From IMG/VR virus record IMGVR_UViG_3300036790_000223: DNA of 64,000 nt; one strand, 5' to 3'. Position numbers and translations under genes: made by a program. The stretch comes from a virus. Taxonomy: Duplodnaviria; Heunggongvirae; Uroviricota; Caudoviricetes. The first letter of the stretch is position 1. Each line of letters opens with the position of its first letter. This document shows, piece after piece, positions 16,900 through 26,357 of this stretch. Below the pieces are notes generated by a model. That model ran no database searches, was not told where the DNA came from, and saw only the letters and a program-made list of their open reading frames with translations.

Positions 16900-18019
16900 G
16901 ATAGCCCGCCGGGTCTCTGAGAGGGCTGAGGCACCGGCTCAGCTGGTACGGCACTACGCCGGGAACTGGGTGATGCCCCGGCATGTCGGGCAGGAGATGT
17001 TCATCCAGCTGGCAGCGGGCATGCTGGACAACGATCCCCAGCTGGCGAACGCCGCGATGGCTAACCCAGCCTCGTTTCTGGCCGCACTGCGCGAGTGTGC
17101 CCGCCTTGGTCACATGCCCGGCACCGACGCCTACGCCATCGTCCCGTTCCGCAACGGCGGAGCGCCGGGTGGCTGGGAGATCGTCGGGATCGAGCAGTAC
17201 CAGGGCGAGATCGAGCGCATGTACCGGGCAGGCCAGGTCACCACGGTCAAGTGTGAGGTGGTGCGGGAGCACGACACCTTCGCCTGGAACCCGGGCACGA
17301 TGGTGGTGCCGCGTCACGAGTACGACGCCCTGGCTGACGTAGCCGACCGGGGTGAGCTGATAGCGGTCTACGCCTACGCCAAGTTCCGCAATGGTGAGTT
17401 CAGCCAGGTGATCGTGATGGCCAAGTCTGAGGTCATGCTGCACCGGGCTGAGGCAAAGACCAAGAAGATCTGGGACGGCCCGTTTGAGCCAGCCATGTGG
17501 CGTAAGACCGCCGTGCATGAGCTGGAGAAGTGGGTGCCGTCATCCAGTGAATGGCTGGTGCTCCCGCCTGGTTCGGTCATCACAGGCGAACCCGACTCCG
17601 CTGCCCCGAACGACATAGCCCAATCCGTCGCCCCTCCGACCACCCAGGCCAACGCACTGCAGCCCAACGCCGACAGCCCAAGCCTCCCCACTCCAGCCCG
17701 GCGCGACTGGAGCGCCTTTGCCTCCCCGGCGCAGCTCGGTGAGCTGAGCAACCTGCTGGAGGAGCTGGGTCACCCCACTAAGGCAGCCCGGCTGGACGTC
17801 TGTGAGCAGATAGCTGGTCGTGAGCTGACCGGTGAGCGTTACCCCGGGCGCAGCTCAGGTAACCTCAGCCGGGCCGAGGCAGCTACCCTTATAGCCACCC
17901 TGGCCAGCTGTGGTGGTGACCCGGCTAACCTCCGGGCACTGCCGGAGATGGGGGGTGACGATGAGCAGGCTGACGCTAGCGATCACGCTAGCGACGACGC
18001 CAGCGCTCAACCGCACTGA
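16892..18019 (+). CDS. recT: RecT-family ssDNA annealing protein
   Basis: RecT-like core (AYAIVPF..., KSEVMLHRAEAKTKKIWDGPFEPAMWRKTAVHEL); ATG overlaps YqaJ stop (ATGGGTGA). Confidence 0.85.
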   Translation: MGEIARRVSERAEAPAQLVRHYAGNWVMPRHVGQEMFIQLAAGMLDNDPQLANAAMANPASFLAALRECARLGHMPGTDAYAIVPFRNGGAPGGWEIVGIEQYQGEIERMYRAGQVTTVKCEVVREHDTFAWNPGTMVVPRHEYDALADVADRGELIAVYAYAKFRNGEFSQVIVMAKSEVMLHRAEAKTKKIWDGPFEPAMWRKTAVHELEKWVPSSSEWLVLPPGSVITGEPDSAAPNDIAQSVAPPTTQANALQPNADSPSLPTPARRDWSAFASPAQLGELSNLLEELGHPTKAARLDVCEQIAGRELTGERYPGRSSGNLSRAEAATLIATLASCGGDPANLRALPEMGGDDEQADASDHASDDASAQPH

Positions 18020-18242
18020 CGGCTGGTGCAAGGCAGCCGGACTGGCGGTGCTGGCGGCTTGCTGCCTCGGCAACGGGGTAGGTGCCCGGCATGGAATGCC
18101 CTGGTACACCCAGATGCTGATCATTGCCGGAGGGCTGCTGTTCCACACCATGGCAGCGGTCATCGGGGCCATGCTCACCGAGCTGGCCCGCATCAGTAAG
18201 GATATGGAATCAATTCCACAGGAAGGGAAAGCACACCAATGA
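17961..18242 (+). CDS. possible small membrane protein
   Basis: MSRLTLAITLATTPAL..hydrophobic segments; overlaps the RecT 3' end. Confidence 0.35.
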   Translation: MSRLTLAITLATTPALNRTDGWCKAAGLAVLAACCLGNGVGARHGMPWYTQMLIIAGGLLFHTMAAVIGAMLTELARISKDMESIPQEGKAHQ

Positions 18243-18970
18243 CCGACGACAACGAGCTGACCTCACCATTCTCCAGCTACTACGACAAAGCATGGCCGTT
18301 CCGCTACCGGGCCACGCTGCACCTGTTCACCATCGCGGGCGGCACCCCGTCCAACCCGGACGTGGCCTCGGCCTGGATTGCCTCCAAGATGGAGGTCAAA
18401 GACGACCGGCTGGCTGAGATGGTGGCCGAGGCTATGGACGCCCGGGGCATCACCCAGCAGCAAGCCGAAGAGGAAGTCGCCAAGCTGCGCCACCTCAACG
18501 GCTTCAAAAAGGACGACAACGGCCTGTACATCGAGGGGCGCCATGTCAAGGCAGCGCTCAAAGAGATGGCCAACGTCGCCGCTGCGAGCGGCAAGCTGCC
18601 GCTGCAAAAGTGGGGCAAGACCCAGAAGTTCATCCGCTCGTTTGTCGCTGAGCACATCATGGTGCCGGAGACGCGGATCTACCTGGGCACCGATGCCCCC
18701 GACCGGGTAGAGCAGTCGTTCCCGGAGAACAAGCGCGCCGGGGTGCGTGGCATCCAGCTCACCGAGATCGTGGAGGACGCTCAGGTGACCTTCGAGGTCA
18801 TCAGTGACTGGGAGTTCACCGAGGAGCAGTGGGCACTGCTGTGGCTGACCGGCGAGATGCAGGGGCTGGGTGCAGCCCGCAGCCAGGAGTATGGCCGCTA
18901 CAAGGTCATCGGCTGGGAGCGGGTGGCGACCACCGGCAAGACAGCGCCGAAGGCCGGAGGGCCGGAGTAG
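18239..18970 (+). CDS. hypothetical protein (243 aa) downstream of recT
   Basis: Complex composition, no motif recognised. Confidence 0.55.
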   Translation: MTDDNELTSPFSSYYDKAWPFRYRATLHLFTIAGGTPSNPDVASAWIASKMEVKDDRLAEMVAEAMDARGITQQQAEEEVAKLRHLNGFKKDDNGLYIEGRHVKAALKEMANVAAASGKLPLQKWGKTQKFIRSFVAEHIMVPETRIYLGTDAPDRVEQSFPENKRAGVRGIQLTEIVEDAQVTFEVISDWEFTEEQWALLWLTGEMQGLGAARSQEYGRYKVIGWERVATTGKTAPKAGGPE

Positions 18971-18980
18971 AAGCACCAAA

Positions 18981-19027
18981 GAGCCCGCCCGCACCCCCTA
19001 AGGCGGCGAAGGGGTGCGGGCGGGCTC
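18981..19027. terminator. bidirectional hairpin terminator, 17-bp perfect arms
   Basis: GAGCCCGCCCGCACCCC ... GGGGTGCGGGCGGGCTC between convergent genes. Confidence 0.5.
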
Positions 19028-19034
19028 GCTTGCG

Positions 19035-19541
19035 TTACGGGGTGCGACGGTGGTTGAGGTCGTCACGTCCCGCACTGGTGGTGGCCATGAGCTGGCAGTG
19101 CTCCGGGTCGCTCAGGATACGGTCCACCTGATACGACACCTGAGCCAGCTCACTGGCCAGGGACTGCGCCCCAGCCAGCCAGCTTTCGGCTCCCTGGGCG
19201 TGGGCTTCGGCTACTGCATGCGCCAGGGCGTTGCGGTAGTTGATCCCGCGCATGTCCGCCACAAACCCGCGCACCAACCGCAACAGCGGGTCGGTAGCAC
19301 CAGGCTCGGGCGGGGGCTGTGCCCGCCAGTCCACCGGGGCGGGCTCGTCGTCCCGCTTGGTGCGGCGGTTGAGAATCCGCCCCGGGTAGATGGTTTTCAG
19401 GTCCTCGCTCACCGTGGTGGAGCTGGCTACTCCCAGTGCCACGGCGATTTGCTTGATCGAGTACCCGTCCAGGTAGTACCGCAGCGCCGCCTCCCGGCGG
19501 CGCTGCAGCTGGGGAACGGTGGGGCGGGCGAACCCGGTCAC
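19035..19541 (-). CDS. HTH protein (sigma-70 region-4/LuxR-like helix-turn-helix)
   Basis: RRREAALRYYLDGYSIKQIAVALGVASSTTVSEDL; GTG start overlaps upstream stop (GTGA). Confidence 0.55.
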   Translation of the reverse strand: MTGFARPTVPQLQRRREAALRYYLDGYSIKQIAVALGVASSTTVSEDLKTIYPGRILNRRTKRDDEPAPVDWRAQPPPEPGATDPLLRLVRGFVADMRGINYRNALAHAVAEAHAQGAESWLAGAQSLASELAQVSYQVDRILSDPEHCQLMATTSAGRDDLNHRRTP

Positions 19542-20395
19542 GTCAGCCGGGCAGCACGCAGCGCCCGGTTGTAGTCGGCCCGGATGACCTCCTCCACCCC
19601 GCGCCAGGCGGGAGAAGCTGCCCGGCGGAACGCCAGCCACTGGGTGGCGGTGCGCTGGGACAGCTTGGAACCCAGGCGGTTGAGATTGATCTGCTGGTGG
19701 CCTGCGATCAGCGACGCGACCGCCGTGAGGATGGCCGAGTCAAACCGCCGCCCGGCGAACTGACCCTCCTCCGGCACCGAGTCCATGATCACATGCAGCG
19801 TCTTGCGCAGCAGGTCGGCACCTTCGGCTGGGGTCAGCTTGCGGGTGCCGGTGCCGTGGATGATGCGCATCAGCGTGCCCGCTGCAGCGATGGACTTGCC
19901 ACCTCGGCCCTCGGTCACGACCAGACCCATCTCATCCAGCACCTGCTCGGCGGCCAGCTCGTGCGGCAGCTGAGCCGTGACGCGCATGCGCCACTCCTGG
20001 ACCTTGTTGTGCTGGCGGCGGCCCCGGGCGATACCCAGTGCCGCTGCAGCCTCGTCGGCCATCCCGGTGATGTCGGTGGCCAGCACGGCCCACATCTCGA
20101 TGTCCGGGTCGATCTCCTGCAGCGCCAGCAGCCGGTGCTGGCCTTCGGTAGCGACCAGGGTGCCATCGGGGCGCCTGGTAAGCGTGAGCACCTCCGCCAG
20201 CATCCAGTCCCAGTCCCGGGTCAGCCGCTCGACCTTGCCAGGCTCGGTGTTGCGCTGGACCCGCTGGTCGACAACCACGTCGCCAACCCGGACCTTCCCG
20301 ACACTGCGGGGGTCTGACTTTCCGCCTGGACCAGAGATCCATTCGGTTCCCGTCATGGTGTTCCTTTCCTTCTCTGCTGTCACTCGGGGGGCCAT
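19538..20395 (-). CDS. ParB-like nuclease-domain protein
   Basis: DGTLVATEGQHRLLAL resembles the ParB N-terminal GxxR(H)R box; 285 aa. Confidence 0.6.
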   Translation of the reverse strand: MAPRVTAEKERNTMTGTEWISGPGGKSDPRSVGKVRVGDVVVDQRVQRNTEPGKVERLTRDWDWMLAEVLTLTRRPDGTLVATEGQHRLLALQEIDPDIEMWAVLATDITGMADEAAAALGIARGRRQHNKVQEWRMRVTAQLPHELAAEQVLDEMGLVVTEGRGGKSIAAAGTLMRIIHGTGTRKLTPAEGADLLRKTLHVIMDSVPEEGQFAGRRFDSAILTAVASLIAGHQQINLNRLGSKLSQRTATQWLAFRRAASPAWRGVEEVIRADYNRALRAARLT

Positions 20396-20556
20396 TAGTG
20401 CTGGCCCATTGCGATGTTCAGGTGCAGGTTGGGCTGCGGGTTGAGCCGGGCTGTGATGACCCGCCTTAGCCCGTTAGGCAGCAGCTCAGGCGCGGTGTTG
20501 CGTTCGGCCTGGCACTGCTGGTCGCCACAGCCTTCCTGTGGCTGGGGTGCTGCCAT
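20395..20556 (-). CDS. possible small protein (53 aa)
   Basis: MAAPQPQEGCGDQQCQAERNT...; stop overlaps ParB-like start (TAATG); GGAAGGGAAGGGAAACC upstream. Confidence 0.3.
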   Translation of the reverse strand: MAAPQPQEGCGDQQCQAERNTAPELLPNGLRRVITARLNPQPNLHLNIAMGQH

Positions 20557-20636
20557 TTGGTTTCCCTTCCCTTCCTTTAGGTGCCCGGGTTAAGAGGCAC
20601 ACTGCGCGGTAGTATATACGCTGCCAGCGTAAGGAG

Positions 20637-20645
20637 GTAAACGGG
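20637..20645. promoter_or_regulatory. GTAAACGGG copy embedded in RBS region (GGAGGTAAACGGGTATG)
   Basis: In the divergent intergenic region 20557-20646, which also has a TAGTATATAC box. Confidence 0.3.
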
Positions 20646-20646
20646 T

Positions 20647-20880
20647 ATGAATATTTCGTTCACCGGACTGTACGGGGGCAGTGTGCAGCCACGCCACACC
20701 ATCGAGGGCAACGTGGCCCTGAGTGTGTGGACACCGCTCGGGTTCATGGACACGACCCTGTCCCCGGCCGTAGCCCTGGCGCTGGCGGCCGAACTCACCC
20801 GTCTGGCGGGTAGCGGTAAGGAACCGGAATCGGACGGCGCAGGGACGCTCTCAGCGCCAGGGAAGGTGTGGAATGACTAA
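20647..20880 (+). CDS. hypothetical small protein
   Basis: 77-aa ORF. Confidence 0.45.
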   Translation: MNISFTGLYGGSVQPRHTIEGNVALSVWTPLGFMDTTLSPAVALALAAELTRLAGSGKEPESDGAGTLSAPGKVWND

Positions 20881-21196
20881 GTTCCCGGTCACCTGGACAG
20901 ACGGCGACGGCAACACCCAGCACGGCGAAGCTGAGATGGTCTTCTCCACCCTGGGCACCACGGCGCCGTACCTGGCGGCTGTCACCACCCATACCCAGAA
21001 TGTGCAGAACCTGGTGATGGCCGTCAAGAACCTGGAAGCACAGGTGAACCTGGCTGGGGGATGGTTCGCCCCGGCTAGCTCGCCAGCAGCGCCCGTCCCC
21101 AACGCAAACGGGAAGATCTCAGTGGGTGACGGGCTGCGTAAGGCCGCAGCTCACGCCCGGCAGATCGTTACTGACGAACCCACACCCGAGCCCTAG
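20873..21196 (+). CDS. hypothetical small protein
   Basis: 107-aa ORF overlapping previous by 8 nt. Confidence 0.45.
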   Translation: MTKFPVTWTDGDGNTQHGEAEMVFSTLGTTAPYLAAVTTHTQNVQNLVMAVKNLEAQVNLAGGWFAPASSPAAPVPNANGKISVGDGLRKAAAHARQIVTDEPTPEP

Positions 21197-21339
21197 CCCG
21201 GCACCCTGACCCAGGGTTACGCTAAGCGAATCTGAGCCAGGGCAGCGCTAAGGGGACCCGGCTCAGCCACCCACCGTTCGCCAGGCGAGGAGGCTGTTTT
21301 GTCCCATGCTGCCGTTTTGCCCCTCGCTCGGCGGGTCTT

Positions 21340-22155
21340 ATGGGGTGGGCACGTCTGGATGACGACTTCTTCTCCCACCCCAAGATCGGTGCCCTGCTAG
21401 ACGACGAGCGCGGTGCCGCAGCAGTGGGGCTGTGGACCTTGTGCCTGGCCTGGGCACACCGCCACACCCGCCAGCCCGGCAAGGTTCCGGGCGACATCCC
21501 GGCCTACCTCCCGCGCCAGTTCCTGGGACCAGCTGGTCCCGTGCTCGCTGGGCTGCTGGTGAAGGAGGGGCTGTGGGAAGCGCGCCGGGACGAGGGCGGC
21601 ACCCTGCTCACCGATGGCTGGCACATCCACGACTTCCACCTGTACCTGCCGTCTGAGGCCATGTCCCGGAGCCGTTCTGTCGCTGGCCGCAAGGGTGGTC
21701 AGGCCAGCGGCAAGGCCCGAAACGAAGCTAGTAGCTTGCAAAACGAAGCTAGTAGCTCACAAGTCGAAGCTACGGCGAAGCAAACGCGAAGCATGGCCCC
21801 GGGTACGGGTAAAGGTAGTAAGTCTGTTGACGTTGTAAGTGGTTCGGTTAGAGACGATGTCGAGCGCTTGTGCGCTCGACTAGCTGACAAGATCGAAGCC
21901 AACGGAAGCAAGCGGCCGACGATCACCCAGGGCTGGCGTGATTCCTGCCGCCTGCTGCTGGACAAGGACAAGCGCACCGAGGCTCAGGTGACCAAGGCCA
22001 TCGACTGGAGTACAAACGATAGTTTTTGGCGTGTAAACATACTAAGTATGCCTAAGCTACGCGAAAAGTACGACCAGCTCAGGCTGGCCGCCCAGCGTGA
22101 GAACGGCGCTGGCCGCCCAGCGATAGACCCGGCCGACGAGTGGAAGCGGCGCTAA
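21340..22155 (+). CDS. putative replication initiator/organiser-like DNA-binding protein
   Basis: N-terminal MGWARLDDDFFSHPKI domain; mid-gene 21-bp tandem repeats; 3' half AT-rich (lambda O-like ori-in-gene arrangement is inference). Confidence 0.45.
   Translation: MGWARLDDDFFSHPKIGALLDDERGAAAVGLWTLCLAWAHRHTRQPGKVPGDIPAYLPRQFLGPAGPVLAGLLVKEGLWEARRDEGGTLLTDGWHIHDFHLYLPSEAMSRSRSVAGRKGGQASGKARNEASSLQNEASSSQVEATAKQTRSMAPGTGKGSKSVDVVSGSVRDDVERLCARLADKIEANGSKRPTITQGWRDSCRLLLDKDKRTEAQVTKAIDWSTNDSFWRVNILSMPKLREKYDQLRLAAQRENGAGRPAIDPADEWKRR
21721..21783 (+). repeat. 21-bp tandem repeat x3 (AACGAAGCTAGTAGCTNNCAA) inside CDS
   Basis: Encodes NEASSLQ/NEASSSQ/VEATAKQ heptads; seen directly. Confidence 0.7.
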
Positions 22156-22276
22156 AAGGCGCGTGGCCTAAGTAGTATTCCCCGGGTTGACACCCAGTAA
22201 GGTTCCACGTCATACTTGCGCGTGTAAGTTAGACCCGTAAGTTACGTGTTGAACCTCCAGGTCGAAAGGAATCGAG

Positions 22277-23107
22277 TTGGAGATCACCGGAGTTCACCCG
22301 GCTGCGGACATGTTCCCGCGCCTGCCCCAGCACGAGCTGGAAGAACTCGCCAGCGACATCAAGGAGCACGGGCTACGGGAGCCGATCACTCTCACGTCTG
22401 ACGGGCTGATCCTGGACGGCATCAACCGGGAAGCGGCCTGCCAGCTGGCCGGGGTGAAGCCAGAAACGACTGTCTACGAGGGCGACCCGGCAGCGTTCGT
22501 CATCTCCCAGAACATCCGCCGCAGGCACCTGACGGTCGGTCAGCGGGCTGTAGTCGAAGCGAAACTAAAAGTTACGGCGGCGACCGCCGTAACTTTTAGT
22601 AACTGGATAGAAACAGCCGAGGAAAGGACTCAAGCTAAGGAAACGACCCTGAAGCAAGCTCTCTACGTTGTCCGTCACGCTTCTGACCTGGCAGATCAAG
22701 TCCTGGCGGGCCTTCTTGGCTTGGACACCGCCTACCAGGAAGCGCGTAAGCGCAAGCTAGCGGCGGAAGCCGAGGACGCCAAGCTGACGCGCCTTCAGCA
22801 AGCGGCCCCTGACCTCTACGACCGCGTTGTCGAAGACGACAGTCTGAACGTGGACGAAATGCTGGCCGCCGCCGCCGAGCGTGAGCGCAAGGCGAGGGAG
22901 GAGCGGCGCAGGACAACCCAGAGCATCACCGACCTGGTGGACACCACGGCCACGTACAGCGGTCACGAGGAATCCGTCTTCGAGCTGTACGACGAGAAGG
23001 AAGCCCCGCCGGGCCACGCACTGACGGTTGAGCAGATAGACCAGGCAATATCCGTACTCCAGCAGTGGAAAGAGCTGCTGCTGAGCAGCAAGGAAACGAC
23101 CACATGA
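22277..23107 (+). CDS. ParB-like nuclease-domain protein (TTG start)
   Basis: LREPITLTSDGLILDGINREAACQLAG ParB N-terminal box; GAAAGGA RBS. Confidence 0.7.
   Translation: MEITGVHPAADMFPRLPQHELEELASDIKEHGLREPITLTSDGLILDGINREAACQLAGVKPETTVYEGDPAAFVISQNIRRRHLTVGQRAVVEAKLKVTAATAVTFSNWIETAEERTQAKETTLKQALYVVRHASDLADQVLAGLLGLDTAYQEARKRKLAAEAEDAKLTRLQQAAPDLYDRVVEDDSLNVDEMLAAAAERERKAREERRRTTQSITDLVDTTATYSGHEESVFELYDEKEAPPGHALTVEQIDQAISVLQQWKELLLSSKETTT
22565..22598. repeat. palindrome with 16-bp perfect arms inside the ParB-like gene (candidate parS/operator)
   Basis: CTAAAAGTTACGGCGG cg ac CCGCCGTAACTTTTAG; GTAAGTTAC-like half-sites also at 22226-22250. Confidence 0.6.
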
Positions 23108-23646
23108 GTAAAGGCGGTGTCAACATGGCGCGTGTTCGGCTGCACGAAATCGTGGAGCAGGCGGCCCGTAACGTCACGGACGCGGACGGCCGGTTCCACA
23201 AGAAAGACCACATCGACCAGGTAAAGGGAATGCTGGCCACGGTTCAGCTATCCCCGGTCACGCAGGAAGAACTGAAGTATCGGGAGGCGCGGAAGCTGTG
23301 CGAGGATTTCGTCCGCACCCGTACCCCACGTGCGCGGGGTAGCCGCAACTCGGCCATCCCAACGCTCTACAGCGACGGGAGCCTTCTGGTGCTGACTAAC
23401 GGTGATCGCGTCTGGATGCAGGACGCCAACCGCGATGACCTCATCCAGTGGAACCGGTCTGCCTCAGAGCGGGTGCAGAACGCAATGGCCCGCCAGGATG
23501 ACCGCAGGCAGTACGTGGAGCAGCGGTTGCAGTTCTGGAAGGGGCGTGACGACATCAAGCACTTGGGTGAACTGGAGCGGCATTTCTTCAACTACACACC
23601 CGACGCCGGAGAAGAGGGCTTCGGCGAAGAGGAAGAAGACGAATAA
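23104..23646 (+). CDS. hypothetical protein, acidic C-terminus
   Basis: ATG overlaps upstream stop (ATGA); ends FGEEEEDE. Confidence 0.5.
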   Translation: MSKGGVNMARVRLHEIVEQAARNVTDADGRFHKKDHIDQVKGMLATVQLSPVTQEELKYREARKLCEDFVRTRTPRARGSRNSAIPTLYSDGSLLVLTNGDRVWMQDANRDDLIQWNRSASERVQNAMARQDDRRQYVEQRLQFWKGRDDIKHLGELERHFFNYTPDAGEEGFGEEEEDE

Positions 23647-23672
23647 CAAAGCCGGGGGGTAAGTTTGTTGCC

Positions 23673-23849
23673 GTGAGGGCTCACCGTGTGCGCCGCGTCC
23701 GCCGCCGCTTCATCTGCGCATTGTGCAGGCGCGACGTCACGGTGGGCGTGTACGCTGGCTTGCTCCTGGAGGACGGCTGGCGCAGGTGGGCACACACTTC
23801 CTGCATCGTAGAGCGGCAGCAGGAGAGCCAGCGTAGGGTACCGGCATGA
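23673..23849 (+). CDS. possible small Zn-finger protein (58 aa)
   Basis: FICALCRRDV...HTSCI; stop overlaps next ATG. Confidence 0.3.
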   Translation: MRAHRVRRVRRRFICALCRRDVTVGVYAGLLLEDGWRRWAHTSCIVERQQESQRRVPA

Positions 23850-24478
23850 TAAAGAAATTCCTGATCATGGGCGCCCTCTTGCTCGGCGCCCTCGCTTTTG
23901 CTATCCCCGCTCAGGCTGCCACGGCGTCGCCTGTCGTTTACGGATTCGGCACGACTGGTGCTGCCACCGGCTGGACGCACCCACTGACCCAGCCTCGCAT
24001 CCTGTACCTGGGCCAGGGTGGTGCCCCCATCGTCACCATCCGCAGCTGGCCTGCCGCGTGGAAGGCCGGATCACCTACAGCGACCAGCGCTGATGCGATC
24101 TGGCTCAACAGCTGTCGCCCGACCTGTGCCCAGGCACCGTATGTGCGTCACTCGGCCACGCTGCTGCTCTGGGGTCAGCTGCGGCACAACGGTCAGCCGT
24201 ACTACTCCCGGCTCAACATCCGCTGGGCGGGCGGTCGGATGCTGCTGGCGTTCGGTGTCCACGGCGGAACCGTTGCGGCCTGGTACACGCTGAGTGCGGT
24301 CGTCACCCCACCGCCGCCGCCGCCGGTTATGTGCCACCCCAAGACCCCGTCCGACGGCTGCTATGAGCCAGGGGAGTTCTGCTCCAAGGCTCAGCACAAC
24401 ACGACCGGCCTGGCTGGTGACGGCAAGACCATCGCCTGCAGGGACGACAACGGCACCTGGCGCTGGCTGGCCACGTAA
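23846..24478 (+). CDS. secreted protein (signal peptide, poly-Pro linker)
   Basis: MIKKFLIMGALLLGALAFAIPAQAATA; PPPPPP; 210 aa. Confidence 0.55.
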   Translation: MIKKFLIMGALLLGALAFAIPAQAATASPVVYGFGTTGAATGWTHPLTQPRILYLGQGGAPIVTIRSWPAAWKAGSPTATSADAIWLNSCRPTCAQAPYVRHSATLLLWGQLRHNGQPYYSRLNIRWAGGRMLLAFGVHGGTVAAWYTLSAVVTPPPPPPVMCHPKTPSDGCYEPGEFCSKAQHNTTGLAGDGKTIACRDDNGTWRWLAT

Positions 24479-24483
24479 CCCTC

Positions 24484-25719
24484 ATGGACCTGCCCCCCAA
24501 CGACCTCCAAGCCGAGCAGGCCACCCTGGGCTCGATGCTGCTGTCCGCCAACGCCCTGGAGACGGTGCGGCAGACCCTGTCCTCACCCGACTTCTTCCGC
24601 CCTGCCCACCAGATCGTGTTCGAACACATCACCGAGATGCACAAGCAGTCCATCCCGGTGGATGCGGTCACCCTGAACGAGCGGCTGGTGGCGTCGGCCC
24701 AGATCGCCAAGGTGGGCGGTGCCCCCTACCTGCACACCCTGCTCGCCAGCGTCCCGACTGCCGCCAACGCAGGCCACTACGCCCGGATTGTGCGGGCCAA
24801 GGCGGTGCGCCGCCGCCTGATCGAGGCTGGTACCCGCATTGCCCAGATCGGCCGGGAGGGTGAAGACGAAGCGCAGGGTGCGACCGAGCGTGCCCTGCGT
24901 GAGGTGGAAGCCGTCCGGGACTCCGGCCTGGGTGACGGGCTGACAGCGGTCACCTACCAGGAGTTCCTGGACGCAGGGTACGAAGGTGACCCCTACGACT
25001 GGGTGGTGCCGAACCTGCTGGAGCGGGGCGACCGGATGATCCTGACCGGCACCCCCGGCATCGGGAAGTCCACCTTGTTCCGGCAGATTGCGGTCTGTGC
25101 TGCGGCTGGCATCCACCCGTTCACCTACGAGGCCATCCCGGCGCAGCGGGTGTTCATCCTGGACTGCGAGAACGGCCCAGCCCACATCCGCCGTAAGCTG
25201 CGCCCCCTGGTGCATCAGGCTGCCGCCACCCAGAAGCCAGTGCCGGAGGCCAACTTGTGGATCGAGTCCCGCATGGACGGGATCGACCTGGCTCTGGACA
25301 AAGACGTCAGCTGGCTGCTGCGCCAGGTGGCCAGCCTGAACCCGGACATCCTGGCCATCGGCCCGCTGTACCGGCTGGCCCCCAGGGCGCTGAACGACGA
25401 CGACGACGTGGCCCCGATCCTGACCGTGCTCAACCTGATCCGGGCACGGGGGGCGTGCGTGCTGATGGAGGCCCACCACGGGCACACCTCCGACATGCGG
25501 CCCAGGGGCAGCTCGGCCTTGATGGGCTTCCCGGAGTTCGGGTTCGGGCTGCGCTGGCCCCGCGAAGACAACCCCGGAGCCCGGACGGCAGAGATTGTGC
25601 ACTGGCGAGGAGACCGGGATGAACGGCAATGGCCCCGGGCACTAATTGCCGGGGGCCGCTGGCCGTGGTCGGCATATAATGTACCCCAGAACCAACAAGG
25701 GAATGGATGGGGAACATGA
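24484..25719 (+). CDS. DnaB-like replicative helicase (DnaB N-domain + RecA-like P-loop core)
   Basis: DLQAEQATLGSMLL..FFRPAHQIVFEHI N-domain; ILTGTPGIGKST Walker A; FILDCENG. Confidence 0.8.
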   Translation: MDLPPNDLQAEQATLGSMLLSANALETVRQTLSSPDFFRPAHQIVFEHITEMHKQSIPVDAVTLNERLVASAQIAKVGGAPYLHTLLASVPTAANAGHYARIVRAKAVRRRLIEAGTRIAQIGREGEDEAQGATERALREVEAVRDSGLGDGLTAVTYQEFLDAGYEGDPYDWVVPNLLERGDRMILTGTPGIGKSTLFRQIAVCAAAGIHPFTYEAIPAQRVFILDCENGPAHIRRKLRPLVHQAAATQKPVPEANLWIESRMDGIDLALDKDVSWLLRQVASLNPDILAIGPLYRLAPRALNDDDDVAPILTVLNLIRARGACVLMEAHHGHTSDMRPRGSSALMGFPEFGFGLRWPREDNPGARTAEIVHWRGDRDERQWPRALIAGGRWPWSAYNVPQNQQGNGWGT

Positions 25720-26006
25720 ATGAGCAGCCAAAGATTCCGCCCAGTCCGCCTGAATACCGTTACGAGAATGCGCTGAAGTGGATCCACCTGGTCGCTGGCC
25801 TGCATTACTTTGGCGGAGCCTTCGACCCGGAGCACATGCGAACACTGGCGAATGTGGCCGCCGACGCGCTGGCCGGGTCGAAGGAGCTGCCCGACTTCGA
25901 CGAGTCGCAGGAGCGCAGCAGGCGGAAGGCCAGCGAGTGGGCTGAGGCTCTCGGGCTGAGTCTGGTGGACGAGGATGACGAGGCTGAGACGACCGCCGCA
26001 AGGTGA
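25707..26006 (+). CDS. hypothetical protein
   Basis: 99-aa ORF. Confidence 0.45.
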   Translation: MGNMNEQPKIPPSPPEYRYENALKWIHLVAGLHYFGGAFDPEHMRTLANVAADALAGSKELPDFDESQERSRRKASEWAEALGLSLVDEDDEAETTAAR

Positions 26007-26320
26007 GCGCAGCTGAGGAGGTCTCCCGTGCGGTAGCCCGGTTCCGGGCACAGAACAACGCTGAGCCTGGCCAGGTCTGGGACCCGGGCACTGGCCGCTA
26101 CCGCACGGGAACGCTGGAGGCATTCGCAGGCAGCGACGTCGGCACCAGCTACAAGAGCGGGATCAAGTGCCAGGCGGTAGCCTCAGCACCATACGTACCG
26201 AACGTGCGCGGGGACCAGCCACTGGCCCGTGAGGCGTGTGGTTGCCGCACATGCAGTGCCGAACTGGAGGACCTCAGTGAAAGGCGCAATCGCTTACCTC
26301 CGGCAGCTGATAGGGCGTAG
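26003..26320 (+). CDS. hypothetical protein
   Basis: 105-aa ORF. Confidence 0.45.
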   Translation: MSAAEEVSRAVARFRAQNNAEPGQVWDPGTGRYRTGTLEAFAGSDVGTSYKSGIKCQAVASAPYVPNVRGDQPLAREACGCRTCSAELEDLSERRNRLPPAADRA

Positions 26321-26357
26321 GCTAACGCCCAAACAGGAAAAGGAAGAGGAAAACGTG

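Noticed and set aside
24583-25629. 348-aa minus-strand ORF
   Set aside because: Antisense to the DnaB-like helicase; composition artefact
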